Of a stretch of DNA of 64,000 bases, positions 9,806-19,868 are shown piece after piece (the stretch's first letter is position 1; the number at the start of each line of letters is the position of its first letter). A program made the translations under genes and the position numbers. The notes beneath the pieces are model-generated. The model was not told where the DNA came from. It worked only from the letters and a program-made list of their open reading frames with translations, and ran no database searches. This stretch comes from Bacteriovoracaceae bacterium (lineage in GTDB: Bacteria; Bdellovibrionota; Bacteriovoracia; Bacteriovoracales; Bacteriovoracaceae): contig JBLWTJ010000001.1 of the NCBI GenBank assembly GCA_048270185.1, forward strand, positions 800,001 through 864,000. Direction: 5' to 3'.

Positions 9806-10843
9806 ATGGGTTTATTTAACGATCGTAAAAGTGAAAACGGAAGAGAATTTGTACCTGTATGGTTTATGAGACAAGCAGGTCGCTACCACGACCATTACCA
9901 AGGAATGAAGAAAGAACATACATTTATGGAACTTTGTAAGAAGCCAGATCTTGCTTGTGAAGTGACAATGGGGCCAATTAATGACTTTGGTTTTGATGCT
10001 GCTATTCTTTTCTCTGATCTACTCTTCCCTCTTGAACAAATGGGAATGGGACTTGAGTACGCTCCAGGACCAAAACTTGAAATGAAACTAGAAACTGTTG
10101 CTGATATTAAAGGTCTTAAGTTCCTCGATAGTGCTGAGAATTTCTACAGGTTCCAAGGTGAAGCATGTACCCTTCTAAAAGATGCCCTACCAAGCAATAA
10201 AACACTTCTTGGATTTGTTGGTGCACCATTTACTCTCTACACTTATGCAGTTGAAGGATCACACGCAGGATCTTTATACAGTTCTAAAATTGGATTATAC
10301 GACGGACGTTGGGAAGCTTTCACAGAAATGCTACTTCCAGAGCTTCTTGGTGAAATGAGAGCTCAGGCCCTAGGTGGAGCTGACGCCATGTGTCTTTTTG
10401 ATACAGCAGCGGGTGAATTAAATCATGAGGACTATACTCGAATCGTTCTGCCAGTACTTAAGAAAGTTACCGCAGAATTCAAAAAGGAATTCCCAAATAA
10501 GAAAGTAATTTATTATTCAAAAATGACTCACCTTCGTACTCTTCAGGCCATCGAAGATGATAATATCGATGTCCTAGGAATCGATTGGAGACATGACCTT
10601 GGTCATGTTCTAAATACTCTTGGGAATGATTACTATATCCAAGGTAACTTAGAGCCAGCATATCTTGGCCTTCCATGGAATACCCTAGAGGCAAAGTGGA
10701 TGGAGCTTTACGAATCTGTTCAAGCATCAAATGCCCCTATGAACAAGTGGATCTGTGGACTGGGACACGGCTGTCTTCAGTGGATTGATCAAGAGAATGT
10801 TCGCAAGAGTGTTGAGCTTATCCAAACAAGATTTCAATATTAA
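9806..10843 (+). CDS. hemE: Uroporphyrinogen decarboxylase
   Basis: PVWFMRQAGRY, DAAILFSDLL, GFVGAPFTL, QGNLEP, LGHG. Confidence 0.96.
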   Translation: MGLFNDRKSENGREFVPVWFMRQAGRYHDHYQGMKKEHTFMELCKKPDLACEVTMGPINDFGFDAAILFSDLLFPLEQMGMGLEYAPGPKLEMKLETVADIKGLKFLDSAENFYRFQGEACTLLKDALPSNKTLLGFVGAPFTLYTYAVEGSHAGSLYSSKIGLYDGRWEAFTEMLLPELLGEMRAQALGGADAMCLFDTAAGELNHEDYTRIVLPVLKKVTAEFKKEFPNKKVIYYSKMTHLRTLQAIEDDNIDVLGIDWRHDLGHVLNTLGNDYYIQGNLEPAYLGLPWNTLEAKWMELYESVQASNAPMNKWICGLGHGCLQWIDQENVRKSVELIQTRFQY

Positions 10844-10846
10844 TTA

Positions 10847-10867
10847 TTTGGGCGCTTAGCGCCCAAA
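10847..10867 (+). terminator. Hairpin downstream of hemE
   Basis: tttgggcgc-tta-gcgcccaaa perfect stem; weak U-tract. Confidence 0.55.
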
Positions 10868-11013
10868 CTCCTCTAATACCAACTAGTTCCAACATCTATG
10901 TAAGAATATAATAGAATCTATTTCTACATATTCTACTTCTCAAGTCCTAGAATAAATAAATTGTACAAGATAAAAGCAGACGAGAATAATCCCAAATACC
11001 AAGGAAGGGTAAA

Positions 11014-12219
11014 ATGAAAAATCCAAGAAACGTAATTAATAAGATGAGTTTATTAATTGCTTTATCACTTCTTAGTGTAAGTACACTTGCTGGTGATCAC
11101 AAGTTTATCGTAACAGGTAAAGACCTATTCACTTCAACACAGAGTCTTCACTCAAACCTCAACCTAAAAGTTTTAAAAGTTGACGGAGATGTTGTTGTTG
11201 CTGAAACAAAAGAAATGGCAGAGAGAGCTGAGATTTCTCACCTAGCACACGAAGAACACCAAAGATGTGGGGGTTACTTTGCTTTCCAAACAAAAGAAGA
11301 AGCTCTTCAATTTGTTGAAGAATCAAAGAAGAACTTAAACACAAGTTCATTCTTAACTGATTACACAATTAATCAAAAGGATCTAGTTAACTCTTCAATA
11401 GAGAAAGCTCAAGAAGGTTCAATTAGAAGTGTTATTGAGAAGCTATCAAGCTACAATAACCGTTACTATAAATCACAAACAGGTGTTGACTCTCAAAACT
11501 GGCTAAAAGATTACTGGACGTCATTAACTTCACACCGTAGCGATATCAGCGTTGAATTATTTAATCACTCAAGCTACCCACAGCCATCAGTTATTGCCAC
11601 AATCAAAGGTAAGTCAGATGATATTATCGTAGTTGGTGGACACGCAGACTCAATCGCAGGTTGGTGGGGACGCACAAATGCCCACGCACCAGGAGCCGAT
11701 GATAATGCTTCGGGAACTGCAACAGTTACTGAAATTCTTAAGGTTCTAGCTCAAAGCGGTTATCAACCAGAAAAAACAATTAAATTCATGGCCTACGCTG
11801 CTGAAGAAGTTGGGCTTCTTGGTTCAAAAGAAATTGCTCAAACTCATAAAAGAGCAGGAAAGAATGTTGTTGGTGTTCTTCAACTTGATATGACAAATTT
11901 CAACAACTCTAATGATGATATTACAATTATCACAGATCATACGAACGAAGCACAAAATAACTTCCTAGGAACTCTGATTGACACTTATCTTCCAGAATTA
12001 TCTTGGGGACGCGATACTTGTGGCTACGGTTGTTCTGATCACGCATCTTGGACATCACAAGGCTTCCCTGCTTCAATTCCATTTGAAACTCGCAAGCGTG
12101 AAATGAACGGAAGAATCCATACTGCTAACGACACACTTGAATACATGGGTGGGACAGCTGACCACGCACTTAAATTTGCAAAACTTGGTCTTGCTTTCGT
12201 TATCGAATTAGATCGTTAA
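11014..12219 (+). CDS. Secreted M28 (leucyl) aminopeptidase
   Basis: Signal peptide, pro-region with RCGGY, GHADS, PGADDNASG, AAEEVGLLGS, CSDHASW. Confidence 0.93.
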   Translation: MKNPRNVINKMSLLIALSLLSVSTLAGDHKFIVTGKDLFTSTQSLHSNLNLKVLKVDGDVVVAETKEMAERAEISHLAHEEHQRCGGYFAFQTKEEALQFVEESKKNLNTSSFLTDYTINQKDLVNSSIEKAQEGSIRSVIEKLSSYNNRYYKSQTGVDSQNWLKDYWTSLTSHRSDISVELFNHSSYPQPSVIATIKGKSDDIIVVGGHADSIAGWWGRTNAHAPGADDNASGTATVTEILKVLAQSGYQPEKTIKFMAYAAEEVGLLGSKEIAQTHKRAGKNVVGVLQLDMTNFNNSNDDITIITDHTNEAQNNFLGTLIDTYLPELSWGRDTCGYGCSDHASWTSQGFPASIPFETRKREMNGRIHTANDTLEYMGGTADHALKFAKLGLAFVIELDR

Positions 12220-12247
12220 TTCAATCAAAAACTCAATTAGACTTACT

Positions 12248-12276
12248 GGCCAGTTTTCATAACTGGCCTTTTTTTT
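12248..12276 (+). terminator. Intrinsic terminator
   Basis: ggccagtt-ttcat-aactggcc followed by a T-run. Confidence 0.85.
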
Positions 12277-12296
12277 ACCAAAAGCAATTTATTTCA

Positions 12297-12342
12297 TTTA
12301 CATCGCTTCAATTTGACATATATAATAGAAATACGTCAAATT
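12297..12342 (+). promoter_or_regulatory. Sigma70-like promoter overlapped by an inverted repeat
   Basis: TTTACA (12297-12302), 18 bp, TATAAT (12321-12326); aatttgac (12310-12317) / gtcaaatt (12335-12342). Confidence 0.5.
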
Positions 12343-12359
12343 CATTAGGGAGAAGTTCG

Positions 12360-13382
12360 GTGAAAGTTTTTAATCAGCGAGGGTTTACACTCGCTCAAGT
12401 CGTCGTAGCGGCAGGCTTACTAGGTGGCCTATCACTTGTCGTTATGAACCTGAGTAAACAACAATCAGATATTACCAAAAGAGCAAATGAGTCTCAGTCC
12501 ATTATGTTCTTTCAAGACACCGTCATGACAACATTGGCAAATACAACTCTTTGTACTGATGCCATTACAAACCCAGGAGTTGGTCAAATCAAAGACAAAA
12601 CAAGTAATGATTTAACGGGATTTGGTGAATTCTCAAAAAACTCTTATATTGATGGCCAAACAAAATCAGACTCTTCAAGTAAGATTCGTATTGTTGGCTT
12701 TAAAGTTATTAAAAATAGTGAATCCCAAACTCTTCTTGATGGAGAGAAGAATCCACTAAAACTTAGAGTACACCTCATGCGTGAATCAAGTCGCTATAAA
12801 ACACCTAAGCCAATTCAAAAGGATATCAACTTCTCAGCTATTGTCACAGGTGGAGTAGCAACAAGTTGCTCGACACTAGAGAGTAGCTCAATCGAAAGTG
12901 GAATTATCGAAGCAACAAAGAATATCTGTGATGGATTTGGTGGGACAATGGTCGATGGCCAATGTGATATGAGTGCTAGAATATCACAAATAAAAGAAGA
13001 GGCCATCATTGAAGCAATCAATCGCATTACAACAAATGAGACGATTAATGCAAGCGTTGCCAATTCAATGTGTAATGACTTTGGTGGTATTCTTGTTAAT
13101 GGAAAGTGCCAGCTGGCTGTAGCTGCTGCAGAAGAAACACCAGCAGAGGAAGAAGAGCTGCCAAGTTCTGTTACCGTTGCAGGCTCAAGTTGTCCTTCAG
13201 GCTACTCTACTGTATCTCGAACGTGGGTTCCAAGAACTTGTGGAGCAGCCCCATTTGCTTGTACTACAGCATCATTCAAAAGAGGAACAACTGCTCCAAC
13301 ATGCAGTTGGGGATCTCCAAGAGAAGGCAAGAAAACTTGCACAGCAACAACTGTTATCAACACAAATTGCAATAAGTCATAA
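12360..13382 (+). CDS. Large type IV pilin-like protein with Cys-rich C-terminus
   Basis: Class III signal NQRG|FTLAQVVVAAGLLGG; two CxxFGGxxVxGxC repeats; Cys-rich tail. Confidence 0.8.
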   Translation: MKVFNQRGFTLAQVVVAAGLLGGLSLVVMNLSKQQSDITKRANESQSIMFFQDTVMTTLANTTLCTDAITNPGVGQIKDKTSNDLTGFGEFSKNSYIDGQTKSDSSSKIRIVGFKVIKNSESQTLLDGEKNPLKLRVHLMRESSRYKTPKPIQKDINFSAIVTGGVATSCSTLESSSIESGIIEATKNICDGFGGTMVDGQCDMSARISQIKEEAIIEAINRITTNETINASVANSMCNDFGGILVNGKCQLAVAAAEETPAEEEELPSSVTVAGSSCPSGYSTVSRTWVPRTCGAAPFACTTASFKRGTTAPTCSWGSPREGKKTCTATTVINTNCNKS

Positions 13383-13406
13383 AAAAAGGGAGCTTTAAGC
13401 TCCCTT
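13381..13406. terminator. Terminator between the convergent pilin-like and xth genes
   Basis: aagggagct-tta-agctccctt with an A-run on the left (U-tract on minus strand). Confidence 0.8.
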
Positions 13407-13416
13407 CCTATTTCTT

Positions 13417-14193
13417 CTATTTGAATTCAATTGATAATGGACAGTGATCACTTCCCATCACATCTGGCTGATGCCAACAGTTTTTGACTCTAGAAACAAA
13501 GTCATCTGTCGACCAGAAGTAATCAATACGCCAGCCAACATTCCTTGCACGACAATCTCCTCGGTATGTCCACCATGTGTAGTGGCCATTTTCTTCAGGT
13601 GACGTGAACTCGCGGAAGAGATCAGTAAAGCCTTGGGCCTTAAACTCATCCATCCACTCACGCTCAAGAGGTAAGAATCCTGTCGTCTTTGTATTTGTCT
13701 TTGGATTTGCGAGATCGTTCTCAGTGTGGGCCGTATTATAGTCACCACAGATAACAACTTCTTTCTTTGTCTTCTTCTTTAGAGCTAAGGCCTTATCGGC
13801 AACGGCACGACAGAAGTCCATCTTATATGGAACACGTCCATGATCGCGCTGCCCATTTGGGAAGTAGCAATTAAAGAGAATATAATCATCAAATTCAGAA
13901 ATAATGGTACGTCCTTCACAATCGAACTCAGCAATACCAAGCCCTACGGTGTGCTTAACATTAATTCCTTTACGAACCCAAGTCGCCACACCTGAATAGC
14001 CTTTCTTTTCGGCCGGTGCAATTAACGCTTCATGGTTGTCTGGATTATTTAAGCGATCACTTAATTGTTCAGGTAATGCCTTTGTTTCTTGAAGGCAAAT
14101 TACATCTGAATCATCCTCTAAATACCAATCGTAAAAACCTTTCTTTTCGCAGGCCCTAAGACCTGCGACGTTCCAACTTGAAATCTTAGTCAA
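13417..14193 (-). CDS. xth: Exodeoxyribonuclease III (AP endonuclease)
   Basis: SWNVAGLRA, CLQETK, GYSGVA, GDYNTAH, WRIDY, GSDHCP. Confidence 0.95.
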   Translation of the reverse strand: MTKISSWNVAGLRACEKKGFYDWYLEDDSDVICLQETKALPEQLSDRLNNPDNHEALIAPAEKKGYSGVATWVRKGINVKHTVGLGIAEFDCEGRTIISEFDDYILFNCYFPNGQRDHGRVPYKMDFCRAVADKALALKKKTKKEVVICGDYNTAHTENDLANPKTNTKTTGFLPLEREWMDEFKAQGFTDLFREFTSPEENGHYTWWTYRGDCRARNVGWRIDYFWSTDDFVSRVKNCWHQPDVMGSDHCPLSIEFK

Positions 14194-14195
14194 AA

Positions 14196-14963
14196 CTAGG
14201 CTCCTAGAATTGAAATACCAGAGTCAACGTAGAGAACTTGTCCTGTTACACCATTGGCAAGCCTTGATCCTAAGAAGACAGCAGCTCCACCAACATCTTC
14301 AGGTGTCACATTACGACGAAGTGGTGATTTCTCTTCAACATCATTTAAGAAACCTTTAAGCCCTGGAACACCAGAAGCTGCAAGAGTTCTAATTGGACCT
14401 GCAGAGATACAGTTTACACGAATTCCTTCTGGCCCTAAGTCGTCTGCCAGGTATCTCATTGTTGACTCAAGAGAAGCCTTAGCAACACCCATTACATTGT
14501 ATCCATTTAGAACCTTTACTGATCCATGATATGTAAGAGCTAGAACTGAACAATCCTTTGCCATTAATGGCTTTAGCACGTTACACACACCTAGTAGAGA
14601 GTATGCTGAAATATCCTGTGCCATCTTAAATCCATCACGGCTTGTTTTATGGAAACGATCTTTAAGATCCGTTTTATCTGCAAATGCAAGAGAGTGAACA
14701 ATAACATCAACCTCCCCCCATTTTTCTTTTACAATGTCGGCCATCTTCGTCATGTGTTCTTCATTTTGAACGTCTAATTCAAATGTGAACTCTCCACCAA
14801 TTTGATCACTAAGTGGTTCAACTCTTTTTTGAAGTGCTTCATTTAAGTAAGAGAATGCAAGACGTGCACCTTGCTCTTTCATTTGTGTAGCGATTCCCCA
14901 TGCAATTGATTTATCATTTGCAAGGCCTAGGATTAGAACTTTCTTTCCTTCTAAAATTCCCAT
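14196..14963 (-). CDS. fabI: Enoyl-ACP reductase
   Basis: GLANDKSIAWG, ISAYSL, YNVMGVAKASLE, SAGPIRTLAA. Confidence 0.96.
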   Translation of the reverse strand: MGILEGKKVLILGLANDKSIAWGIATQMKEQGARLAFSYLNEALQKRVEPLSDQIGGEFTFELDVQNEEHMTKMADIVKEKWGEVDVIVHSLAFADKTDLKDRFHKTSRDGFKMAQDISAYSLLGVCNVLKPLMAKDCSVLALTYHGSVKVLNGYNVMGVAKASLESTMRYLADDLGPEGIRVNCISAGPIRTLAASGVPGLKGFLNDVEEKSPLRRNVTPEDVGGAAVFLGSRLANGVTGQVLYVDSGISILGA

Positions 14964-14985
14964 TAATATCTCCTTTTAAAATTCT

Positions 14986-15663
14986 TTATTTATCAAATTT
15001 ATAACCCACAGATCGAATTGAAATAAAATGCTTCGGATCCTTTGGATTTTCTTCGAAGTATTTTCTAAGTCTCACTATGAAGTTGTCAATTGTACGTGTC
15101 ATTGAATCCTTTTTGTAGCCTAATAATTCAAGTAACTCGCCGCGCGTGACAACCTGACCCTCATTTTGAGTCAAAAGTGTCAAAATTCGCATTTCTTGCT
15201 CTGTTAAAGTATGTTCCTGACTACCAGCATAGGCCTTAAAATCATTAAAATAGATCTTATTATTTCCAAATTCATAAACCTCGACTTCTTTCCTTGTCCA
15301 GCTTGAACGTTTTAAAAGTCTCTTTACTCGCAGTATAAATTCATCGAGATTAAAAGGTTTTGAAAGATAATCATCAGTACCCAGATTAAAACAACGTACT
15401 TTTGATTTTGAACTATCCTTGGCAGATAAAACAAGAACTGGAGTTTTTTCATTAACAGCTCGAATTTCAACAAGTACGTCTTCTCCACTCATTCCTGGTA
15501 ACATGAGATCGAGAACAACTAAGTCATATGATCCTTCACGATATTTTTCGATACCAAGGTCACCACGGTCAGCGTGCTCGACTTCGTACCCTTCAAGCTC
15601 AAGGTTTAAGATAATTCCCTTGGCAATATTTTGCTCATCTTCAATAAGTAAAATACGACTCAT
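14986..15663 (-). CDS. OmpR-family response regulator
   Basis: LIEDE, LDLMLPG, KPF, RTIDNFIVRLR, SIRSVGY. Confidence 0.94.
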   Translation of the reverse strand: MSRILLIEDEQNIAKGIILNLELEGYEVEHADRGDLGIEKYREGSYDLVVLDLMLPGMSGEDVLVEIRAVNEKTPVLVLSAKDSSKSKVRCFNLGTDDYLSKPFNLDEFILRVKRLLKRSSWTRKEVEVYEFGNNKIYFNDFKAYAGSQEHTLTEQEMRILTLLTQNEGQVVTRGELLELLGYKKDSMTRTIDNFIVRLRKYFEENPKDPKHFISIRSVGYKFDK

Positions 15664-15671
15664 TTTAGTTC

Positions 15672-16613
15672 CTATTTTTTAAAAGTAATTTTGATTGTAA
15701 GCCCTTGATCAATTCCTTCAGAGCTTGCACTAATACGCCCACCATGTAGACGCATAATTTGTGTGGCCATATAAAGTCCAACACCACTTCCCTTAGAAGA
15801 CTTACCTACTTGATAGAATTTTTTAAAAATATTCTTTATCTCGTTTGGAGAAATTCCATCGCCATTATCCACAAAGAATAACTCGAGGAAGCGCTTATTC
15901 TCTTTTAAGATGACTTCTAATTTTTTGTCTCTCTTACTATTGTATCGAATAGCATTTGTTAAAATATTCATTAAAAGAATATCAAAGAGCTTCTTATCAA
16001 ATTCAATTGTGACATCATCTTCTAAATGAATAAAAGATAGATCTAGTTCTGAAAAGATATGGCCATTTCTTTCAACAAAATCTTCAATCGTTGCACGAAT
16101 ACTAATAAGTCTTAGGTCTGGCTCAACTTTCTTCTCCTCTATTCGACCGAGTTGAAGAATCTGTTCAATATTATCCCCTAATCTTTCTGTATCGTGTTTC
16201 ATAATATCGAGGTATTCAATTTGCTTAGGTCTTGGAAATTCGTGGCGCTTTAATGTATCGATAAAAATCGACATCGAGGCCACAGGAGTTTTTAACTCAT
16301 GAGTGAAACCATTTATAAAGTTTTGCTGCATTCGATAAAGCTGTCTTAATTTTTGGTAATAATAGAAAACGATACTAAACCCAGCAATAATGAGTCCGAC
16401 TAGAATTGAAAGAACCAGGATCATAACCCACGTCTGAGTTTGCTGAAATTTAACAAGTGGAATACTTGATTTATTAACAAAATCAGAAAGCTTTTGATTC
16501 ACTTCCAAATAAGAATAAATATATAGGTATAGAGACGTCCCTAGTGCGATTAAGGATGCAATAAAGATAAAAACAGGATGCAGGAAAACTGGCCCACGAC
16601 GTATAAGTGACAT
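15672..16613 (-). CDS. Two-TM sensor histidine kinase
   Basis: THELKTPV, NILTNAIRY, DNGDG, GSGVGL; ATG at 16613. Confidence 0.93.
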   Translation of the reverse strand: MSLIRRGPVFLHPVFIFIASLIALGTSLYLYIYSYLEVNQKLSDFVNKSSIPLVKFQQTQTWVMILVLSILVGLIIAGFSIVFYYYQKLRQLYRMQQNFINGFTHELKTPVASMSIFIDTLKRHEFPRPKQIEYLDIMKHDTERLGDNIEQILQLGRIEEKKVEPDLRLISIRATIEDFVERNGHIFSELDLSFIHLEDDVTIEFDKKLFDILLMNILTNAIRYNSKRDKKLEVILKENKRFLELFFVDNGDGISPNEIKNIFKKFYQVGKSSKGSGVGLYMATQIMRLHGGRISASSEGIDQGLTIKITFKK

Positions 16614-16678
16614 TTGCAAATTTTAGCAATTAAAGGCACTATTAGTTAAGGAAAAATTCATTTATTGAGGTTAAAACA

Positions 16679-17347
16679 ATGCAAGACTTAGCAAAATATA
16701 TCGATCATACTTTATTAAAACCAGAGGCAACTGCTGATCAAATCAAAAAGCTATGCCTAGAGGCCAATGAATATGGTTTTAAGTCGGTTTGTATTAATCC
16801 ATCAAATATTGCAGAAGCCAAACTCCACCTCGATCTAAGTAAGTCGCTCATTTGTACTGTTATCGGCTTCCCACTTGGGGCCATGACCACTGAAGCAAAG
16901 GTCTTTGAAGCTAAGGATGCTATCGAAAAAGGTGCAGGTGAAATTGATATGGTTTTAAATATCGGACGCTTAAAAGCAGGAGATCTTGACTATGTTCAAG
17001 AGGATATTGCCCAAGTTGTTAAGGCCTGTGGCCAGAAGTTAGTAAAAGTTATATTTGAAACATGCCTTCTCAATGAGAAAGAAATTCGTTTAGCGGCCAA
17101 AGCATCTATCAATGCAGGAGCAGCATTTATTAAGACCTCAACAGGCTTTAATTCATCAGGAGCAAACCCGGAAGTAGTTGCAATCATGTTGGAAGAGGCC
17201 AAAAATCACTGTGAAGTGAAGGCTTCAGGCGGTGTAAGAAGTGTTGAGGATGCAAGAAAATATATTGAAATGGGTGTGACAAGACTTGGTACAAGTTCAG
17301 GCGTGGCCATTGTAAATGGTGAAAATTCTACGGGGGGCGCTTACTAG
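16679..17347 (+). CDS. deoC: Deoxyribose-phosphate aldolase
   Basis: IDHTLLKP, VIGFPLG, EIDMV, KVIFET, FIKTSTGF, VKASGGVR. Confidence 0.97.
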   Translation: MQDLAKYIDHTLLKPEATADQIKKLCLEANEYGFKSVCINPSNIAEAKLHLDLSKSLICTVIGFPLGAMTTEAKVFEAKDAIEKGAGEIDMVLNIGRLKAGDLDYVQEDIAQVVKACGQKLVKVIFETCLLNEKEIRLAAKASINAGAAFIKTSTGFNSSGANPEVVAIMLEEAKNHCEVKASGGVRSVEDARKYIEMGVTRLGTSSGVAIVNGENSTGGAY

Positions 17348-17417
17348 CCTGTAAGTTTACAAGTATTTATGCTATTGTTATCTTCGTGCAAGAGAGAGTT
17401 TCCAACTAGGAGATTGT

Positions 17418-17708
17418 ATGAAGTTTATTTGCCTGTTCACTTTTCTATTTTCACTCTCGGCTTCGTTCGCACATGCCGCTCCTTGTGAACAACTTGATCA
17501 AAATATCGCCTACGACAACACTCGAAAATTCATTAAAATTAAAAAACAAATTCAAGAAGAAAAGAATAAAATTTCAGCAGATATCTCAAAACAAATCGAT
17601 ACACTAATTGAAAGTACAAGACGCTACTACTTCCGTTCAAAGTGTCAGAGTTTAAAAACTCAGCAAATGGGAATCCTATTACAATTAAACGACCTTAAGA
17701 GACTATAA
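17418..17708 (+). CDS. Small secreted hypothetical protein
   Basis: AGGAG RBS, signal peptide ending AHA, two Cys. Confidence 0.7.
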   Translation: MKFICLFTFLFSLSASFAHAAPCEQLDQNIAYDNTRKFIKIKKQIQEEKNKISADISKQIDTLIESTRRYYFRSKCQSLKTQQMGILLQLNDLKRL

Positions 17709-17811
17709 GCTAGTTTAAGTATTTCTTTACCGTTGCCTACCTATTTTTCCATCTTAGGAAATGCCAAGATAGCTTACAAGACAAGTTATGGCATTACCAC
17801 GGAAGGTTGAA

Positions 17812-18069
17812 ATGGAAAAATTAAGTATTTCAAAACACGCACAAAGAAGACTTCTTGAAAGGCATATTCACTTTAACGAATTCGATTATGCAAGACTTAG
17901 TGAAGCGGCCATGCGTCTAAAAGAAAAAGGTTCAAAGGAATCTCTTGTCATCACAGAGGATGCTGCTTTCATTCTCGATATAGCCCACTTCTGTTTAATC
18001 ACGGCAATGAGACGTGAAGAGATGGCCGATAATATCTTTACTAAAATAGATGCAACATTGGTCTTATAG
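17812..18069 (+). CDS. Flagellar operon protein-like (TIGR02530 type)
   Basis: SKHAQRRL..KGSKESLV..ITAM..NIFTKID pattern; start 17812 after GGAAGG (17788 alternative). Confidence 0.75.
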   Translation: MEKLSISKHAQRRLLERHIHFNEFDYARLSEAAMRLKEKGSKESLVITEDAAFILDIAHFCLITAMRREEMADNIFTKIDATLVL

Positions 18070-18071
18070 AT

Positions 18072-19106
18072 TTACAGATTATTCCAAAAATTTGCATCAA
18101 GGCCACCATGGGCAACAAGGTCATTTCCAGATCCAGGAACGGCACCATTAAAGATAAGCTTATTATTTACACTTTCAAAAACTGAAGTTGTAAGAATATT
18201 ACTTCCTTCCATATTCCCTACTTCCATAACTTGGACAACTTTACGTCCACCATCTTGAGTTTTTCCAAGCTGAATAATATAGTCAACGGCCGTCGAGATA
18301 TAGCGTCTAACAACATGGTATGGAATTTCGATTCCGGCCATGAGAAATAAGGCCTCAACTCTTTGTAAGCATTCAAGGCATGAATTTGAGTGGATCGAAG
18401 TCATGCTTCCATCATGTCCAGTATTCATGGCCTGAATCATATCAAAAACTTCTGCACCTCGAACCTCTCCTAGAATAATACGATCAGGGCGCATTCGAAG
18501 AGTATTCTTAACAAGGTCACTCATTTCAATTGCATCTTGACCGGAGCGACTTAGTCCCGATTCCAGACGAACTGTATTAAGATTATTAACAACGAGTTCA
18601 AGAGTATCCTCAATGGTAATAATTCGATCTTCTGGGGCCATCTCTTTTAAAAGCATATTCATAAAAGTTGTCTTTCCAGAACCTGTCCCACCAGAAATTA
18701 GAATATTCTTCTTAGCTTTAATCAGTGATCGAAAGAAAGGCACTAGGTTTTGATCAATTCCAAAGAATTGTGCATGTTTTTCTAATTGAAAATTATTCGA
18801 TAGATACTTTCTAATTGTGATCGATGTTCCACCTGAAGCGTAAGGCTCACCAATGATATTGATACGAGAACCATCAGGAAGTCTACCATCTAAGATTGGC
18901 TCATGAGTTGAAAATTCTTTCTTATTAAAGATTGCTACTTCATTAGCGAACTCTAAAATATCGCGTTTATTGATAGGAACGTTTAGACCGATAAACTCTC
19001 CACCTCTTTCAACAAAGACATTCTTTGCTCCATTAATGACGATTTCAGAAATTCCTTTCTTCGTCGATAAATCTTCTAGCATTTTCCATATACTATTTTC
19101 GGCCAT
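18072..19106 (-). CDS. CpaF/TadA-family secretion ATPase
   Basis: DGRLPDGSRIN, GGTGSGKTT, IEDTLEL, LRMRPDRIILGEVRG, AMNTGHDG. Confidence 0.92.
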   Translation of the reverse strand: MAENSIWKMLEDLSTKKGISEIVINGAKNVFVERGGEFIGLNVPINKRDILEFANEVAIFNKKEFSTHEPILDGRLPDGSRINIIGEPYASGGTSITIRKYLSNNFQLEKHAQFFGIDQNLVPFFRSLIKAKKNILISGGTGSGKTTFMNMLLKEMAPEDRIITIEDTLELVVNNLNTVRLESGLSRSGQDAIEMSDLVKNTLRMRPDRIILGEVRGAEVFDMIQAMNTGHDGSMTSIHSNSCLECLQRVEALFLMAGIEIPYHVVRRYISTAVDYIIQLGKTQDGGRKVVQVMEVGNMEGSNILTTSVFESVNNKLIFNGAVPGSGNDLVAHGGLDANFWNNL

Positions 19107-19117
19107 GGGCTTCCTTC

Positions 19118-19795
19118 TTACACAGTCTTTGCATCAATGAGATCAAAGTCTCCGATACTCAAAGCGTAGTTAATTATATTCTTTTGTAATTGTCTCTTTT
19201 GCGGTGGCTCTAGCATTGACTCAATCATATCAAAACTCGATTTGGCCTTCATTAAACCAAAGAGTTTTTCTTCCCCAAGATAATTAAGAAAGTGCATAAG
19301 CATAAGAATTAGAATATCAATTCGAACATTTCGATTTTTAGAACCCGCTAAAAGTGCATCTATTCGATGATCAGGATAATAAGGGTGGTCTTCAATATTG
19401 GAAATATCAGATTCAACACATGAAACCTTAAGGTAGAAACCAAGTGAGATTAATCTTGAATAACCACTTACAGTTTTATCTCTAAATCGATTTTCAATTT
19501 TTTTAATATCTTCAACTTCATCGACTACGACAGCATGAGGATGATTACTATTATGCAAGAAATTAACATAGTAAGCTAAGAGTCGATCTCTAATTCCATG
19601 CCAACCATATTTTTTTACAAGTGAAGTTAAATCAGTTTCTTCCCCACCATTTAAAATACGATAAAGTATCCTCGCCATAGCAGGCGATTGAAAAATATAT
19701 TGTTGTAAATCAATTGATGTGTTGCTTGAACTTGAGACGTCACTAATAAGTAGCTGACAAAAACCCTCAGGAAGCTCTACGTAGTCTAATTCCAT
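19118..19795 (-). CDS. Hypothetical protein, degenerate HDOD-like
   Basis: LPE..L....I.QSPAMARILYRILN....LTSLVKKYG..GIRD resembles an HDOD N-terminus. Confidence 0.5.
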   Translation of the reverse strand: MELDYVELPEGFCQLLISDVSSSSNTSIDLQQYIFQSPAMARILYRILNGGEETDLTSLVKKYGWHGIRDRLLAYYVNFLHNSNHPHAVVVDEVEDIKKIENRFRDKTVSGYSRLISLGFYLKVSCVESDISNIEDHPYYPDHRIDALLAGSKNRNVRIDILILMLMHFLNYLGEEKLFGLMKAKSSFDMIESMLEPPQKRQLQKNIINYALSIGDFDLIDAKTV

Positions 19796-19868
19796 AAATA
19801 TATTCTAAATGAGATTTAAACGAGATTCCAGCTTTATATTACCCTAGACCTACTGCTATAATAGAGTA

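Noticed and set aside
12313..12326. Perfect TTGACA and TATAAT next to each other
   Set aside because: Only 2 bp apart, so not a -35/-10 pair; TTGACA is treated as part of an inverted repeat
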